Positions 43,353 to 52,619 are shown, counted from the whole stretch's first letter. The stretch: 63,820 bases of DNA, filler included, from 5 parts of 5 records of this genome joined end to end with filler, not necessarily neighbours in it; one strand, 5' to 3'. The notes: generated from the letters alone by a model not told the origin. Program-made: numbers and translations.

Positions 43353-43796
43353 ATGCAAGAAGTGCCACGTTTTTTTGAGAGCTTTGAAATTGGTGAAACC
43401 CGCAAAACCCTTGCGCGCACCATCACTGAGACTGATTTTGTCGTTCATGCGGGCCACAGTGGAGATTTCTTTCCGCATCATATGGATGCAGAATTTTGCA
43501 AGACCCAACCCTTCGGCGCCCGCATTGCCCACGGCACCATGACCTTCGCAATCGGCATCGGCCTCACCGCCACCACCATCAACCCGCACGCCATGACCTA
43601 CGGCTATGAACGCCTACGCTTTCCCAAACCCGTGTTCATCGGCGATACCATCCACACGGAAATCGAAATCACAAAAGCGCAGATTGATCTCAAACGCGAA
43701 GGATACGGACAGGTGGTGGAAGCATGCAGTGTCAAAAACCAAAACGGTGAAACCGTCCTGTTCTGCGAACATATTTTGCTCGTGAAGGGAGAGTAA
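43353..43796 (+). CDS. MaoC family dehydratase
   Basis: [24 protein letters not shown]; close homologue of 25451-25897. Confidence 0.93.
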   Translation: MQEVPRFFESFEIGETRKTLARTITETDFVVHAGHSGDFFPHHMDAEFCKTQPFGARIAHGTMTFAIGIGLTATTINPHAMTYGYERLRFPKPVFIGDTIHTEIEITKAQIDLKREGYGQVVEACSVKNQNGETVLFCEHILLVKGE

Positions 43797-44027
43797 TACT
43801 GCTGTTATCCGCAATAGGTGCTGGCGAAGTTCGAGGCATGCGATCGCACAATGACTCCCAGTGAAATCTTACTAAACTTCCGCTTACCCGAACAATTAAA
43901 ACGGCACCGAGCTAAAGCATCACCGCACTGGCTGGCAAAGATCCAAAACAGGTTTACAAATCTTGAAAAAGTTAGCGTTCACTTTCACAGCTACTTGATT
44001 GACAACTCAAATAGCCTCGCGTGATCC

Positions 44028-44043
44028 TCCCCTGAACAGAGTA
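44028..44043. promoter_or_regulatory. 7-2-7 box, candidate NarL-type regulator site
   Basis: TCCCCTG-AA-CAGAGTA. Confidence 0.55.
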
Positions 44044-44101
44044 TGGGCCAAGGCCGTGCCTCCACATAAATTTGGTTCAATCTATTTGGTGGAGAAGGCA
44101 T

Positions 44102-45655
44102 ATGAATTGGCATCGCGTTGTTTTGGCTTTTTGCGGCCTGCTTCTTTCCGGCTCAACATCGATTGGTGCCGAGATTAAGCTGATTTCGATGCACTATTCT
44201 GCCGATCGGTTTGCGCCACACATTCGGTTTGAAGGTCCGGTGGTTGCTGGCGACAATGAAAAGCTTGTTCAGTTAATCGAGCGATATATTGAATGTGACA
44301 CCGATGATCTGCCCGTTGAGGGCGGAAATTGTGGTGTGATTAGCCTCAATAGCCCGGGCGGCAATTATCGTGAAGGGCTTATGCTGGCCAACACACTGCG
44401 TCAATTTTCAATCGCAAGTGTCGTGCAGGCGGGTGACTATTGTTATTCTGCATGTGCCTTCGCCTTTTTGGGCGGGTCTGGTTATTCCACGCAAATCTCA
44501 GTTGGCACTTATGTGGATCGGATGGTGGAACCCGCCGCCACTTTAGGTTTTCACGCGCCTTACATTGCAGCTGATTCTTTGGATACGCTTGTTGCAGAAT
44601 TTGGCATGGAGGAAGTCCTCGGTTCCACACGAGATGAAATCGCCCTGATGATCCAAGAACTGGTCTCATGGAACGTGGACAAGCAAGTGCTGGCCTATAT
44701 CGTCAGCATGGGGCCTGACCAAACCTATGATGTTGTTTTGGGCGAAGATTTTTATCTCACCCGCTCGCAATTGCCACCTGCGCCAGTTTCATTTTGGAAT
44801 TCTGATAAGGAAGATCGCGTGCGCAATGCCTGCATCTATTTGCTGGCGCACCATTTTTCTCGGCTACCGAGTGGGTTTGACGAAATTTTTGACATGCCGT
44901 TTTTGCAAGATTTCGCAAAAGATTCCAACGACCAAATGTTGAGTGGCTATCAGCTCGATCACGCAAACCCGTTGCAACTAAGCTATTGTGGATTGCCCAC
45001 CGCGCAACTTGAACAGACCGATGAATTGGACATTGCGCTTTATAGTGGCCCGGGTGTGACCGGCGCCGTCACACCGCTTCTGTCCATGTTTAGCCGCAAT
45101 AGTGGGTGGTCAACTTTGGGATTAGGTGGTTCAGCGACACAACGGATTTTCCAGCGCGATGCAATGACACAGGCGTTCACTAACCCCACCCAAATTGTTG
45201 ATGGCAGCGTTTTGCTCTTCACCTATTATTTGCAGCAACGCCGTTTTGCAACGCTCAACGAACTTGGTGAAATCGAAAGTAAACTTCCCCTTCCTGTCAC
45301 CGAGCTTTCGATGCAGGTCATTGACCAATCTGCATATTCGCGCATTTTGCAACGCGATAATCTGAGCATTATTGAGCAGGTCGGCAGCCCTTTATTGTTC
45401 AATATGGGCAAGTCTGAATTCCCCACAATGAACATGAAGTTTACCCATCAATCGATTTCTGAAACCGGCTTTATATTTGCTGGTAAATATCCAAATTCAG
45501 GTGCCAAATTTGCTTGGGTTGGTTTGTTGAATGATTATTCAAGCCTAATCCGCATTGAAGAAATTTCGCCGGATGGGTCAGACGATTTTACTTCCCTCTA
45601 TCAAATTGCGTGCAGCTATTCCTTTGCGGGCGTGCAGCTCAAATGTGCGAATTGA
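44102..45655 (+). CDS. exported protein with ClpP/crotonase-like N-terminal domain (COG3904-like)
   Basis: Signal peptide; LNSPGG, CYSACAFAFLGG, R...P.ATLGFHAP. Confidence 0.75.
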   Translation: MNWHRVVLAFCGLLLSGSTSIGAEIKLISMHYSADRFAPHIRFEGPVVAGDNEKLVQLIERYIECDTDDLPVEGGNCGVISLNSPGGNYREGLMLANTLRQFSIASVVQAGDYCYSACAFAFLGGSGYSTQISVGTYVDRMVEPAATLGFHAPYIAADSLDTLVAEFGMEEVLGSTRDEIALMIQELVSWNVDKQVLAYIVSMGPDQTYDVVLGEDFYLTRSQLPPAPVSFWNSDKEDRVRNACIYLLAHHFSRLPSGFDEIFDMPFLQDFAKDSNDQMLSGYQLDHANPLQLSYCGLPTAQLEQTDELDIALYSGPGVTGAVTPLLSMFSRNSGWSTLGLGGSATQRIFQRDAMTQAFTNPTQIVDGSVLLFTYYLQQRRFATLNELGEIESKLPLPVTELSMQVIDQSAYSRILQRDNLSIIEQVGSPLLFNMGKSEFPTMNMKFTHQSISETGFIFAGKYPNSGAKFAWVGLLNDYSSLIRIEEISPDGSDDFTSLYQIACSYSFAGVQLKCAN

Positions 45656-45662
45656 GGGCGAT

Positions 45663-45923
45663 ATGGGCTGGTTAGCGACACTATTTATCATTCTCAGTTC
45701 AATCTTTGCCGCTTGGGTCGTGCTTGCCATTAGCTTTTTGTGGGAGTTACGCAAAGAAGCCGTGCGAAGATCTCGGCGAAGCTTGCCTGACCTGGGCACA
45801 ACAATCGCTGTGTTCAGATTGGGCCTAAATGAACCACGCTATCTGGCTTATCGGCTTACACTTGGTTTGCTGACGGCGCTGCTGCTCTTGTCATCCATTG
45901 TGATCGGGATCGCATTCCAATGA
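45663..45923 (+). CDS. small two-TM membrane protein
   Basis: GAGGG RBS; two hydrophobic helices around a basic loop; ATGA overlap with the next gene. Confidence 0.6.
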   Translation: MGWLATLFIILSSIFAAWVVLAISFLWELRKEAVRRSRRSLPDLGTTIAVFRLGLNEPRYLAYRLTLGLLTALLLLSSIVIGIAFQ

Positions 45924-46504
45924 AAAATCTGATCTTTCGTTCACTTTATCTGTTTGCTCTTGTCGGGATGCTCACCGCACAAGCTGTTGCGCTTGATTGC
46001 CCGGCCAATCGAGCAATTTACCGTTTTGAAGAACAAGGTTTGGCGTTTGAAGTTCGTTTTGTTGAAGCCAATAAATTCGCCAATATCGCCTCTGACCTAT
46101 ATCTTCGGCTGACCACGCCTAACCAACAATATTGGTTCAATTTCAACGTTTCCAATGGCTATAGCGGCATTACTTTGCACCCTGTCTCAAACCCATATGA
46201 AGAAGCCGCGCGTCAGGATGGGCCACGAGAACTGCATTTGAGCTACGCCGCGGATATCGCCGATGAAATTCTGATTTCGCTTCGATTTTATCCGATGGAT
46301 GAGAACTTGCACTTTCTGCATGAACCGCCTGTATCCATCTCATCCGCTCCGGCCTTTATTGCAATGCCGGAAATTGGCCTATCGCTTTGGTACAATGCCA
46401 ACCTGTTGACTGAAGCTTCCGAGCTGGACCGAGATCCAATGCCTCGCGGCATATTTCGTTTAACAGAGTGCAGCAACGCGCCTCTGCCCAAAGCCTACCC
46501 TTAA
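45920..46504 (+). CDS. exported hypothetical protein
   Basis: Signal peptide ending AVA-L; one Cys near each end of the mature chain. Confidence 0.75.
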   Translation: MKNLIFRSLYLFALVGMLTAQAVALDCPANRAIYRFEEQGLAFEVRFVEANKFANIASDLYLRLTTPNQQYWFNFNVSNGYSGITLHPVSNPYEEAARQDGPRELHLSYAADIADEILISLRFYPMDENLHFLHEPPVSISSAPAFIAMPEIGLSLWYNANLLTEASELDRDPMPRGIFRLTECSNAPLPKAYP

Positions 46505-47139
46505 GTCAGGCCCAGCCGCGACGCATGCAATGCCGCCTCCGCGCGCGAGGAAATGCCGAGCTTGCGATAAACTGATTTGATGTGTGTCGCGATTGTTGTT
46601 TCGGCCAGCCCCAATGCAATGGCCACGTCGCTATTCCGCAGCCCCTTGGCAATTAGCTTCAAGACCTCAGTTTCGCGGGCAGACAGGCTTTCACTAGAAC
46701 TGACCACAGGACCCGTGCGCTGAAAATGCTGCATAATTCGAAGCGCAATTGCGGGTGAAAGGGCTGGAACCCCATCTTGCAGCTGTCGCAATTGTTTGGT
46801 GATTTGTGTGTCTGGCTGGGCTTTCAACAAGTACCCCTGTGCGCCAGCAGAAAGCGCTGCCACAATTTGCGAATCCTCGCCAATGACCGTGCTGACCACA
46901 CACATCAGGTCTGGTTGTTTCTTCTTCGCGTAACGGATCACATCAAGGCCAGAACCATCGGGCAAGCCCAGATCGACCAACGCCATTTGCCATGGTTTTT
47001 CGTCTATTGCACGGCGTGCCTGTTGCACATTACCGACGGAATGCACTTCAACATTTGTGAATGCCTCGGCTACAATTGCACCCAATCTTGTCCGCGCTTC
47101 GGGCAAATCTTCAACGATAAGAAGTGAGGTTATCTCCAT
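46501..47139 (-). CDS. NarL/LuxR family response regulator
   Basis: IVED, VDLGLPDGSG, GYLLK, LSARETEVL...IATHIKSVYRKL. Confidence 0.96.
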   Translation of the reverse strand: MEITSLLIVEDLPEARTRLGAIVAEAFTNVEVHSVGNVQQARRAIDEKPWQMALVDLGLPDGSGLDVIRYAKKKQPDLMCVVSTVIGEDSQIVAALSAGAQGYLLKAQPDTQITKQLRQLQDGVPALSPAIALRIMQHFQRTGPVVSSSESLSARETEVLKLIAKGLRNSDVAIALGLAETTIATHIKSVYRKLGISSRAEAALHASRLGLT

Positions 47140-49289
47140 TATTCACTTTCTAAGTTCAGCGGCAAACTCACCTCAATTGTGGTGCCGACTGTGCTTTCGG
47201 CAAATGCAAACATGCCGCCCAATTGCTCCGCGCGCAATTTGATATTTGCAATGCCATGTCCACCGCTTTCAATTTCTGCAACGCCGACCCCATTGTCAGC
47301 GACAGTTAAAATGAGTTTGTCTTTCGTTTGCACCAGTGAAATGTCCACATTTTTTGCCTTTGAGTGTCGGATGACATTGCTTAGCGCTTCGCGCAAAATG
47401 GAACGCAAATTGTGCGCAGGCTTGGCATTCAGATAGGTATTGTCATCAATATCCGCATGCCAATTTAAACTAATGTTTTGATCCTCTAACCGCTCAGCAC
47501 TTTCAAAGCGCAATTGCGCCCACATTTGCGAAAGATTGAGGCCATCGCCCTGCGCGTTTAACACAATATCTTTCAAGTCAGTGATCGTATCCGCAATCAG
47601 TTCGTCTTTGCGCCCGGGGTTTGCGATGTGCAACGTTCTAAGCAATTGCGCCCCAATATTGTCATGTAAATCTTGTGCAATGCGCGTGCGCTCTTCGCGC
47701 ACCCCTTTGGCAAACGCCTGCTGGCTTTGCAGCGCATTTTTCATAAGCGCCACCATGTCACCTGCCTGGTTTAAGTGCCTTGGTCCAAACAGGCTTTTTC
47801 CTAAATTGGCAAATCTAAGTTCCAGCGCATTTAATCCTTCAACGGCTGGGATGCGCAACGTCAAGCCATTATCTATAATTTCAATTTGTGCGTTTTCCGC
47901 TGTCGCTTGCGTTGAAGTTTCAAGTGGTTGGAATTGTTGTTCCATCAATTTTCGCCAAGCATCATTTTGCTCGGCATGGCTGCGCATATTCGCCACATCG
48001 ATAATTTGGCGAAATTCGAGTTGTGAAATGGAATGGCGTTTAAACAGCACACCGCTTAACCAGTTGCGCAGCGGCAAATAGAGAAGGCCAATCAAGAGCA
48101 ACGCAATGCCAAAAGCGGGCAAGCGATCAATTGAAAGGATATATAATAGAAAAATGTCGACCAAGAGTAATGCAAAGACGCCGACAAAATAGCTCAGCAG
48201 CCGAAATGCCCAGACGTCAATATTAAACAAACGATATCGCCCGATACCAACTGCTAGCCCTAAGAAAACCGGCACGAATATGAGCAATGTATAGGCGTAG
48301 GGGATCAACACGTCCTCGCCCAAAATAATGGGTAAAACGCTCACCAATATGTAAAACACGATGCCCAGAAAAAAGGAAAATGCGATCCAATAAAGGATCA
48401 TGCGGGCTATGGGGTCTTTGCGCGCTTTTATTGCCTGCCCCACCAAAAGTGGAACACTGGTGGCATAGAGCAGCGCTAGGTAGCCATATAATAAAGGCGA
48501 TGGCACCATGTTGAACTGATAGGCTAGCCAAACCACCAAAGTTGCACCCCAAACGCTTGCGATCATAAAATTATTGGCTAGCTTTTTGGGATAAACCGCC
48601 AGGAGGCTGGCAAAGGCAACGGCAAACAGCAATGTGCTGGCCGAATTCACTTTGGACAGATAATCGTAGAGACCAACATCAATTGCCAGCTCTCTGTTGC
48701 CATAGATCGCACTTGAGAGAATTGATCCTAAAAATCCAAGACAACAGACCGCGAAAAAGTGGGCACTGTTTTCACTCAGTCGAAACGCCAACACCCATCC
48801 CCCAAGCAACGAACCAAAAGTTGCAATCAAAACTTGAATCCAAAATTCGATGTGCAAATCTGAGATCGGGCGTTGATCAGTGGCTGAAATTGTGAGGCGC
48901 TTCACTTCGGAATCGGGCGGCGCAATGGTGGCAAAAAACGTCTCTTGCTTGATGATCGCAACAAATGCGGCCTGATTACGTTTGAACGCTTGCCATTGCT
49001 CGAACGTCGGCAATGTATCTGGCTCTTCAAGAATATCTTTTGGCGTGATGCGTTGCTCTGGCAAATTCTTCGCGCCCAACGATATGATTTTGCTGCCCGC
49101 CTCCACTTCACGGAACGGCCCGTAGGTCGCAACAGATTTGGCGATGACGGCATTGCCTGTGCCAGAGGCTAACTTTATGCCTAGCCATGGGGTGTTTAGT
49201 GTCGCGAACAAAGTCGCTGCAACGCACATAATGGTGAAAGCCACCACCGCAGCAAATGTGAAGAAGGGCGTACGAACATAGGCCAACAT
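47139..49289 (-). CDS. multi-TM sensor histidine kinase (HisKA_3) with periplasmic PDZ-like domain
   Basis: ERTRIAQDLHDNIG, REALSNVIRHS, DNGVG, GHG..NI; WLGIKL start of a PDZ-like segment; start re-called at MLAYVR. Confidence 0.92.
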   Translation of the reverse strand: MLAYVRTPFFTFAAVVAFTIMCVAATLFATLNTPWLGIKLASGTGNAVIAKSVATYGPFREVEAGSKIISLGAKNLPEQRITPKDILEEPDTLPTFEQWQAFKRNQAAFVAIIKQETFFATIAPPDSEVKRLTISATDQRPISDLHIEFWIQVLIATFGSLLGGWVLAFRLSENSAHFFAVCCLGFLGSILSSAIYGNRELAIDVGLYDYLSKVNSASTLLFAVAFASLLAVYPKKLANNFMIASVWGATLVVWLAYQFNMVPSPLLYGYLALLYATSVPLLVGQAIKARKDPIARMILYWIAFSFFLGIVFYILVSVLPIILGEDVLIPYAYTLLIFVPVFLGLAVGIGRYRLFNIDVWAFRLLSYFVGVFALLLVDIFLLYILSIDRLPAFGIALLLIGLLYLPLRNWLSGVLFKRHSISQLEFRQIIDVANMRSHAEQNDAWRKLMEQQFQPLETSTQATAENAQIEIIDNGLTLRIPAVEGLNALELRFANLGKSLFGPRHLNQAGDMVALMKNALQSQQAFAKGVREERTRIAQDLHDNIGAQLLRTLHIANPGRKDELIADTITDLKDIVLNAQGDGLNLSQMWAQLRFESAERLEDQNISLNWHADIDDNTYLNAKPAHNLRSILREALSNVIRHSKAKNVDISLVQTKDKLILTVADNGVGVAEIESGGHGIANIKLRAEQLGGMFAFAESTVGTTIEVSLPLNLESE

Positions 49290-49337
49290 TGTTGGCAAGT
49301 GATGTTCACTTTGTTCCGTTGCTGCCAAGTGTTCCCT

Positions 49338-49353
49338 TACCCCAAACGGGGTA
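49338..49353. promoter_or_regulatory. 7-2-7 box, candidate NarL-type regulator site
   Basis: TACCCCA-AA-CGGGGTA, near-perfect palindrome in the divergent promoter region. Confidence 0.65.
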
Positions 49354-49464
49354 TCCCCATTCCACCACGAAAAATCTAGCATTTGCGCCTGAATGCGCTG
49401 CCCCAAGCGTCGTGTCGCTGCCAATTCGGTTGATTAATTAAGCAGCATAAATGAGGAAAAATAA

Positions 49465-49908
49465 ATGAAAAAAACAAATATCATCATAATCTTAGGTGGC
49501 TTGATTGCTGCGTTTGGCCTAAGCGATGCGCTCAAAGCAAATGAATATCCCAGAGCCAGCATTGCCGAGGTGCCCAACGGGGTGGCGAGCACCTTTGTTG
49601 GTGCGTGGTCTACCCATCACCCCGCTGGCGCTGGGCACGCAAGCGTTGGTCCCGCGACCTGTGAAAACCCCGTGCGCATTGAAAGCCATGATGAAGCTTC
49701 CATCATCTACAAGCCGGTCATCGGTGAGCAAGTTGATTTTGCCCTTTCAGCCTTTATGGATCGCACAGTTTGGATGCCTGAGTTGGGCGAAAGCACATTA
49801 GCGGTTTGGACCACCGAGGATGAATTTTTCGCCTATCAAGTTGACATACGGACCGGCAAAGCAAAGTGGGAAACGCCACTGGTTTATCGCCGTTGCGGCA
49901 CGGAGTAA
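49465..49908 (+). CDS. exported hypothetical protein
   Basis: Signal peptide; FVGAWS...C..PVRI...YRRC pattern with two Cys; GAGG RBS. Confidence 0.78.
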   Translation: MKKTNIIIILGGLIAAFGLSDALKANEYPRASIAEVPNGVASTFVGAWSTHHPAGAGHASVGPATCENPVRIESHDEASIIYKPVIGEQVDFALSAFMDRTVWMPELGESTLAVWTTEDEFFAYQVDIRTGKAKWETPLVYRRCGTE

Positions 49909-49913
49909 GATGG

Positions 49914-51071
49914 ATGCGAAAAGGATTGATCGCACTGCTCGCCCTTACTGTCCAAATTGCAATAGCGCCTGTCGCCGCCCTAGCGAATGAACAGCTTTAT
50001 GTGCAGCTAAAAGCAGCCAGCCTAATAGACCAAGGCGAATGCGCACCGTTTTATTTTACGCAACGACACACCCTAGATGAAGTGGTTGATGAAACCCTTG
50101 ATGCACTCACCTTCAGCCAAGATTATGTTGCAGGAAAAATTGACCGTGAACAGTTCGATGCTTTTACAAAAGAACTCAACATAAAAGCTACAAGCTTGGC
50201 CGGTACAGCGGGATGTGAAGGCGAAGCATCCCTTGAGTTGATCAGCCAGGCACGCGGCTACGCATGGCAACGAGCGTTACGCAATCTCTTTATTGCGCAG
50301 ATCTTATTCAATTTACCTGACGGTCACCCCGCGAAAATTGAGCTTGAGATCATTGAAATAAATGCACTAGGCGCTTTGAAAAGCGTGATCGAGAGCCAAT
50401 ATGGCGACCGCGCAGAGGAAATCAGTCAGTTTTCCGTGCAGCAAGCGCAACAATATTTGTATTTTTTGTATGAAGAAGATCCAGACATTAAAGGCCGTTA
50501 TCGGTTGGCAGCCACGACACCTGAATTTAAAGATGCAAATGTTGAGAACAGCTTCAATGCATCACTTATCGCGCATAAATTTGCTGATGCAGCCACGCTA
50601 GAATGGTCAATGGCACAGGCCGGCTTCTTCGCGCGTGTGGTGAAAACCGCTTCAGGTCAAGATGGCGCGGTGCTGATCCCCACGGCAAAGCGGGATGAGC
50701 GTTGGGAAATCTTGAACAAGACTGGAAATGTTTATGTTCAGACCAGCGTGGGCCATGCGGCCACAACGTACGTCATGGCAAACAGCCCAGATGGCCTCAC
50801 CCTTTTTCTTTATGGTGCCAACTACAACAAAATGGTTGAAGGTCGCGCAACGATTTTACTTAAAGATGGACAAAGCTTTTCAGGAAAATATCGTGATTGC
50901 AAAGCCTTCAACATGACTTGCTTTGATTTCGACTTGCCCGCCAAACAAGACGTTTCAGCCTTACATTATCGCGAATTTGGTCGACTTTGGCTGTCCACCA
51001 AAAATGCTGAAAATGAATTGAAACTTCCCGATTATATGCTGGGGAAAATTTTCGGACTTCAAGGCCGATGA
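49914..51071 (+). CDS. exported hypothetical protein
   Basis: MRKGLIALL...ALA signal peptide; GGAG RBS; two Cys pairs. Confidence 0.78.
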   Translation: MRKGLIALLALTVQIAIAPVAALANEQLYVQLKAASLIDQGECAPFYFTQRHTLDEVVDETLDALTFSQDYVAGKIDREQFDAFTKELNIKATSLAGTAGCEGEASLELISQARGYAWQRALRNLFIAQILFNLPDGHPAKIELEIIEINALGALKSVIESQYGDRAEEISQFSVQQAQQYLYFLYEEDPDIKGRYRLAATTPEFKDANVENSFNASLIAHKFADAATLEWSMAQAGFFARVVKTASGQDGAVLIPTAKRDERWEILNKTGNVYVQTSVGHAATTYVMANSPDGLTLFLYGANYNKMVEGRATILLKDGQSFSGKYRDCKAFNMTCFDFDLPAKQDVSALHYREFGRLWLSTKNAENELKLPDYMLGKIFGLQGR

Positions 51072-51078
51072 GCAATTG

Positions 51079-51108
51079 GAGCGCTGAGATAACTCAGCGC
51101 TCTTTTTT
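51079..51108 (+). terminator. intrinsic terminator
   Basis: GAGCGCTGAG-ATAA-CTCAGCGCTC-TTTTTT. Confidence 0.88.
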
Positions 51109-51110
51109 GT

Positions 51111-51932
51111 TTAGTTAGTTGCGTTCGCTGTTTCTAAGATAAGTGTTTTGAGCATATCGCTTAGCCCCGTCTCGCACTTCTTATCCACCACCGGAAAGAT
51201 GAACCGTTCAATAGAGACACGCTGCTTGTCTTTATGTTCAAACTGAATGGCAACAGTGGCGGTTTCATATTGATTGTAATATTTGAACCGCTGTTCCAAG
51301 ACACTATTGCCGTGAATAAGGCAAAGCTCCATCGCCGCACTGTTCAGAAATTTCACATTGGCCATTTGCTCAACATTGCCCAGCGCATAAACCAACTGCA
51401 ATTCGCCCCATTGGTCACCTTCTTCCACATAACGCAATGTTGCGCCAACTCCACTTGGGGTCTTCGGAGTAAGGTTATCCTGCGCAACACTCAACGGCAT
51501 TGAAATGCATTGCTGGTCATCATTGAGGGCAAAATCAACTTCATGAAACCGAGACCACGTTACATTTTTTGAAAGGCCTTCAGGCCGTGTCGCTGGCGTA
51601 AAGTCCCACCGGATTCGAATTTTGCCGATTTTTTGCGCTTTAAGCTGGTCCCAACTGTTATTGACCAGATTTTCGCACAAAGACTCGAGCTTTCTGGCAA
51701 AGAAATCGGCGGGTATCGGCCCGAAATTCTCTGGCTGGAAATCTGGCTTCCCCTTAACCAACAGCTTGACTTCGCCTGTATCTTTGATGGTTTGGATCAG
51801 ATATTCATCAACAATAAAATGACTACCATCTCCTAACGGTATTGCTTCCTCCGCCCATGCACTTTGCACCGCAAGCAAGGTGAAAAGACAAACACCCAAA
51901 AAAACTGCATATGGTTTGAACCACAACATCAT
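51111..51932 (-). CDS. exported hypothetical protein
   Basis: Signal peptide ending AWA-E; AAGGA RBS; two Cys pairs, possibly two related domains. Confidence 0.78.
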   Translation of the reverse strand: MMLWFKPYAVFLGVCLFTLLAVQSAWAEEAIPLGDGSHFIVDEYLIQTIKDTGEVKLLVKGKPDFQPENFGPIPADFFARKLESLCENLVNNSWDQLKAQKIGKIRIRWDFTPATRPEGLSKNVTWSRFHEVDFALNDDQQCISMPLSVAQDNLTPKTPSGVGATLRYVEEGDQWGELQLVYALGNVEQMANVKFLNSAAMELCLIHGNSVLEQRFKYYNQYETATVAIQFEHKDKQRVSIERFIFPVVDKKCETGLSDMLKTLILETANATN

Positions 51933-51983
51933 TTTCTATCCTTTCGTTTTCAAGAAAATAGAAAATTCCAAGTCGCCCCACCC

Positions 51984-51999
51984 TCCCCTAAACATGGTA
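51984..51999. promoter_or_regulatory. 7-2-7 box, candidate NarL-type regulator site
   Basis: TCCCCTA-AA-CATGGTA. Confidence 0.55.
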
Positions 52000-52185
52000 G
52001 GCAGCTTGGAGGCATTTGCGTGGAAATCTACGCTTTAACGATGGTGGTTGAAGTTGCTTAAGGCCTAAATTGGGGCAACATCCCTTGAACAACAATAGGG
52101 AAATCCATAACGCCATCGAACAGTGGGGTGAAGACACGTACCAAAAAACTTCAAAATGAAGTTTCGAAATCTCATATGAATGGAA

Positions 52186-52199
52186 TGGCGGAGAGAGAG
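52186..52199 (-). mobile_element. att site: tRNA-Ser-like 3' end fragment
   Basis: Minus strand reads CTCTCTCTCCGCCA; no T-arm next to it; about 155 bp from an integrase start. Confidence 0.7.
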
Positions 52200-52355
52200 T
52201 CTGTATTTTAAGGTGTAAATATCAATCAAAATCGGTCAAAATCCATCTGACTTATCTCTTTATATTCAATAACTTATTGATTTTATCTATCAAAATCTGT
52301 CAAAATAAAAATCAGTAAATCAAATCCATACTGGTGGGCTAGATGGTGGGCTGAA

Positions 52356-52390
52356 ATGACACTGACAGATACCAAACTAAAGAAGATTTC
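52356..52390 (+). CDS. P4-like tyrosine integrase, N-terminal fragment
   Basis: MTLTDTKLKKI matches the LTDT.I/L start of arm-binding domains; preceded by two TGGTGGGCT direct repeats (52332, 52344). Confidence 0.7.
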
Positions 52391-52490
52391 NNNNNNNNNN
52401 NNNNNNNNNNNNNNNNNNNNNNNNNNNNNNNNNNTTAATTAATTAANNNNNNNNNNNNNNNNNNNNNNNNNNNNNNNNNNNNNNNNNNNN
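52391..52490. other. artificial contig linker
   Basis: N44-TTAATTAATTAA-N44. Confidence 0.99.
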
Positions 52491-52546
52491 ACGACGTCGC
52501 CCATCTGGCCGAGACGTTCGATACGCTCCAGAAGAATGACTTCCAT
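52491..52546 (-). CDS. rplI: 50S ribosomal protein L9, N-terminal fragment
   Basis: Manual translation MEVILLERIERLGQMGDV; AAGGAG RBS; synteny with rpsF-rpsR. Confidence 0.93.
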
Positions 52547-52619
52547 TTCTCTTACTCCTTAAAGGCCGAAGCCGTTGCCGCGTTGCCGCGGTGCAGGCCG
52601 GTTCCGGCCAGGGTCACGT

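Noticed and set aside
43818-44024. 68-aa ORF after MaoC
   Set aside because: Weak start and no motifs; probably intergenic boundary sequence.
49290-49424. N-terminal extension of the kinase in the ORF track
   Set aside because: Overlaps the divergent promoter and the 7-2-7 box; ATG 49289 directly precedes the first TM helix.
52081-52101. TCCCTTG-AA-CAACAAT as a fourth 7-2-7 box
   Set aside because: Right half lacks the GTA end.
52186-52199. Full tRNA-Ser gene
   Set aside because: Only the 3'-terminal 14 nt are present.
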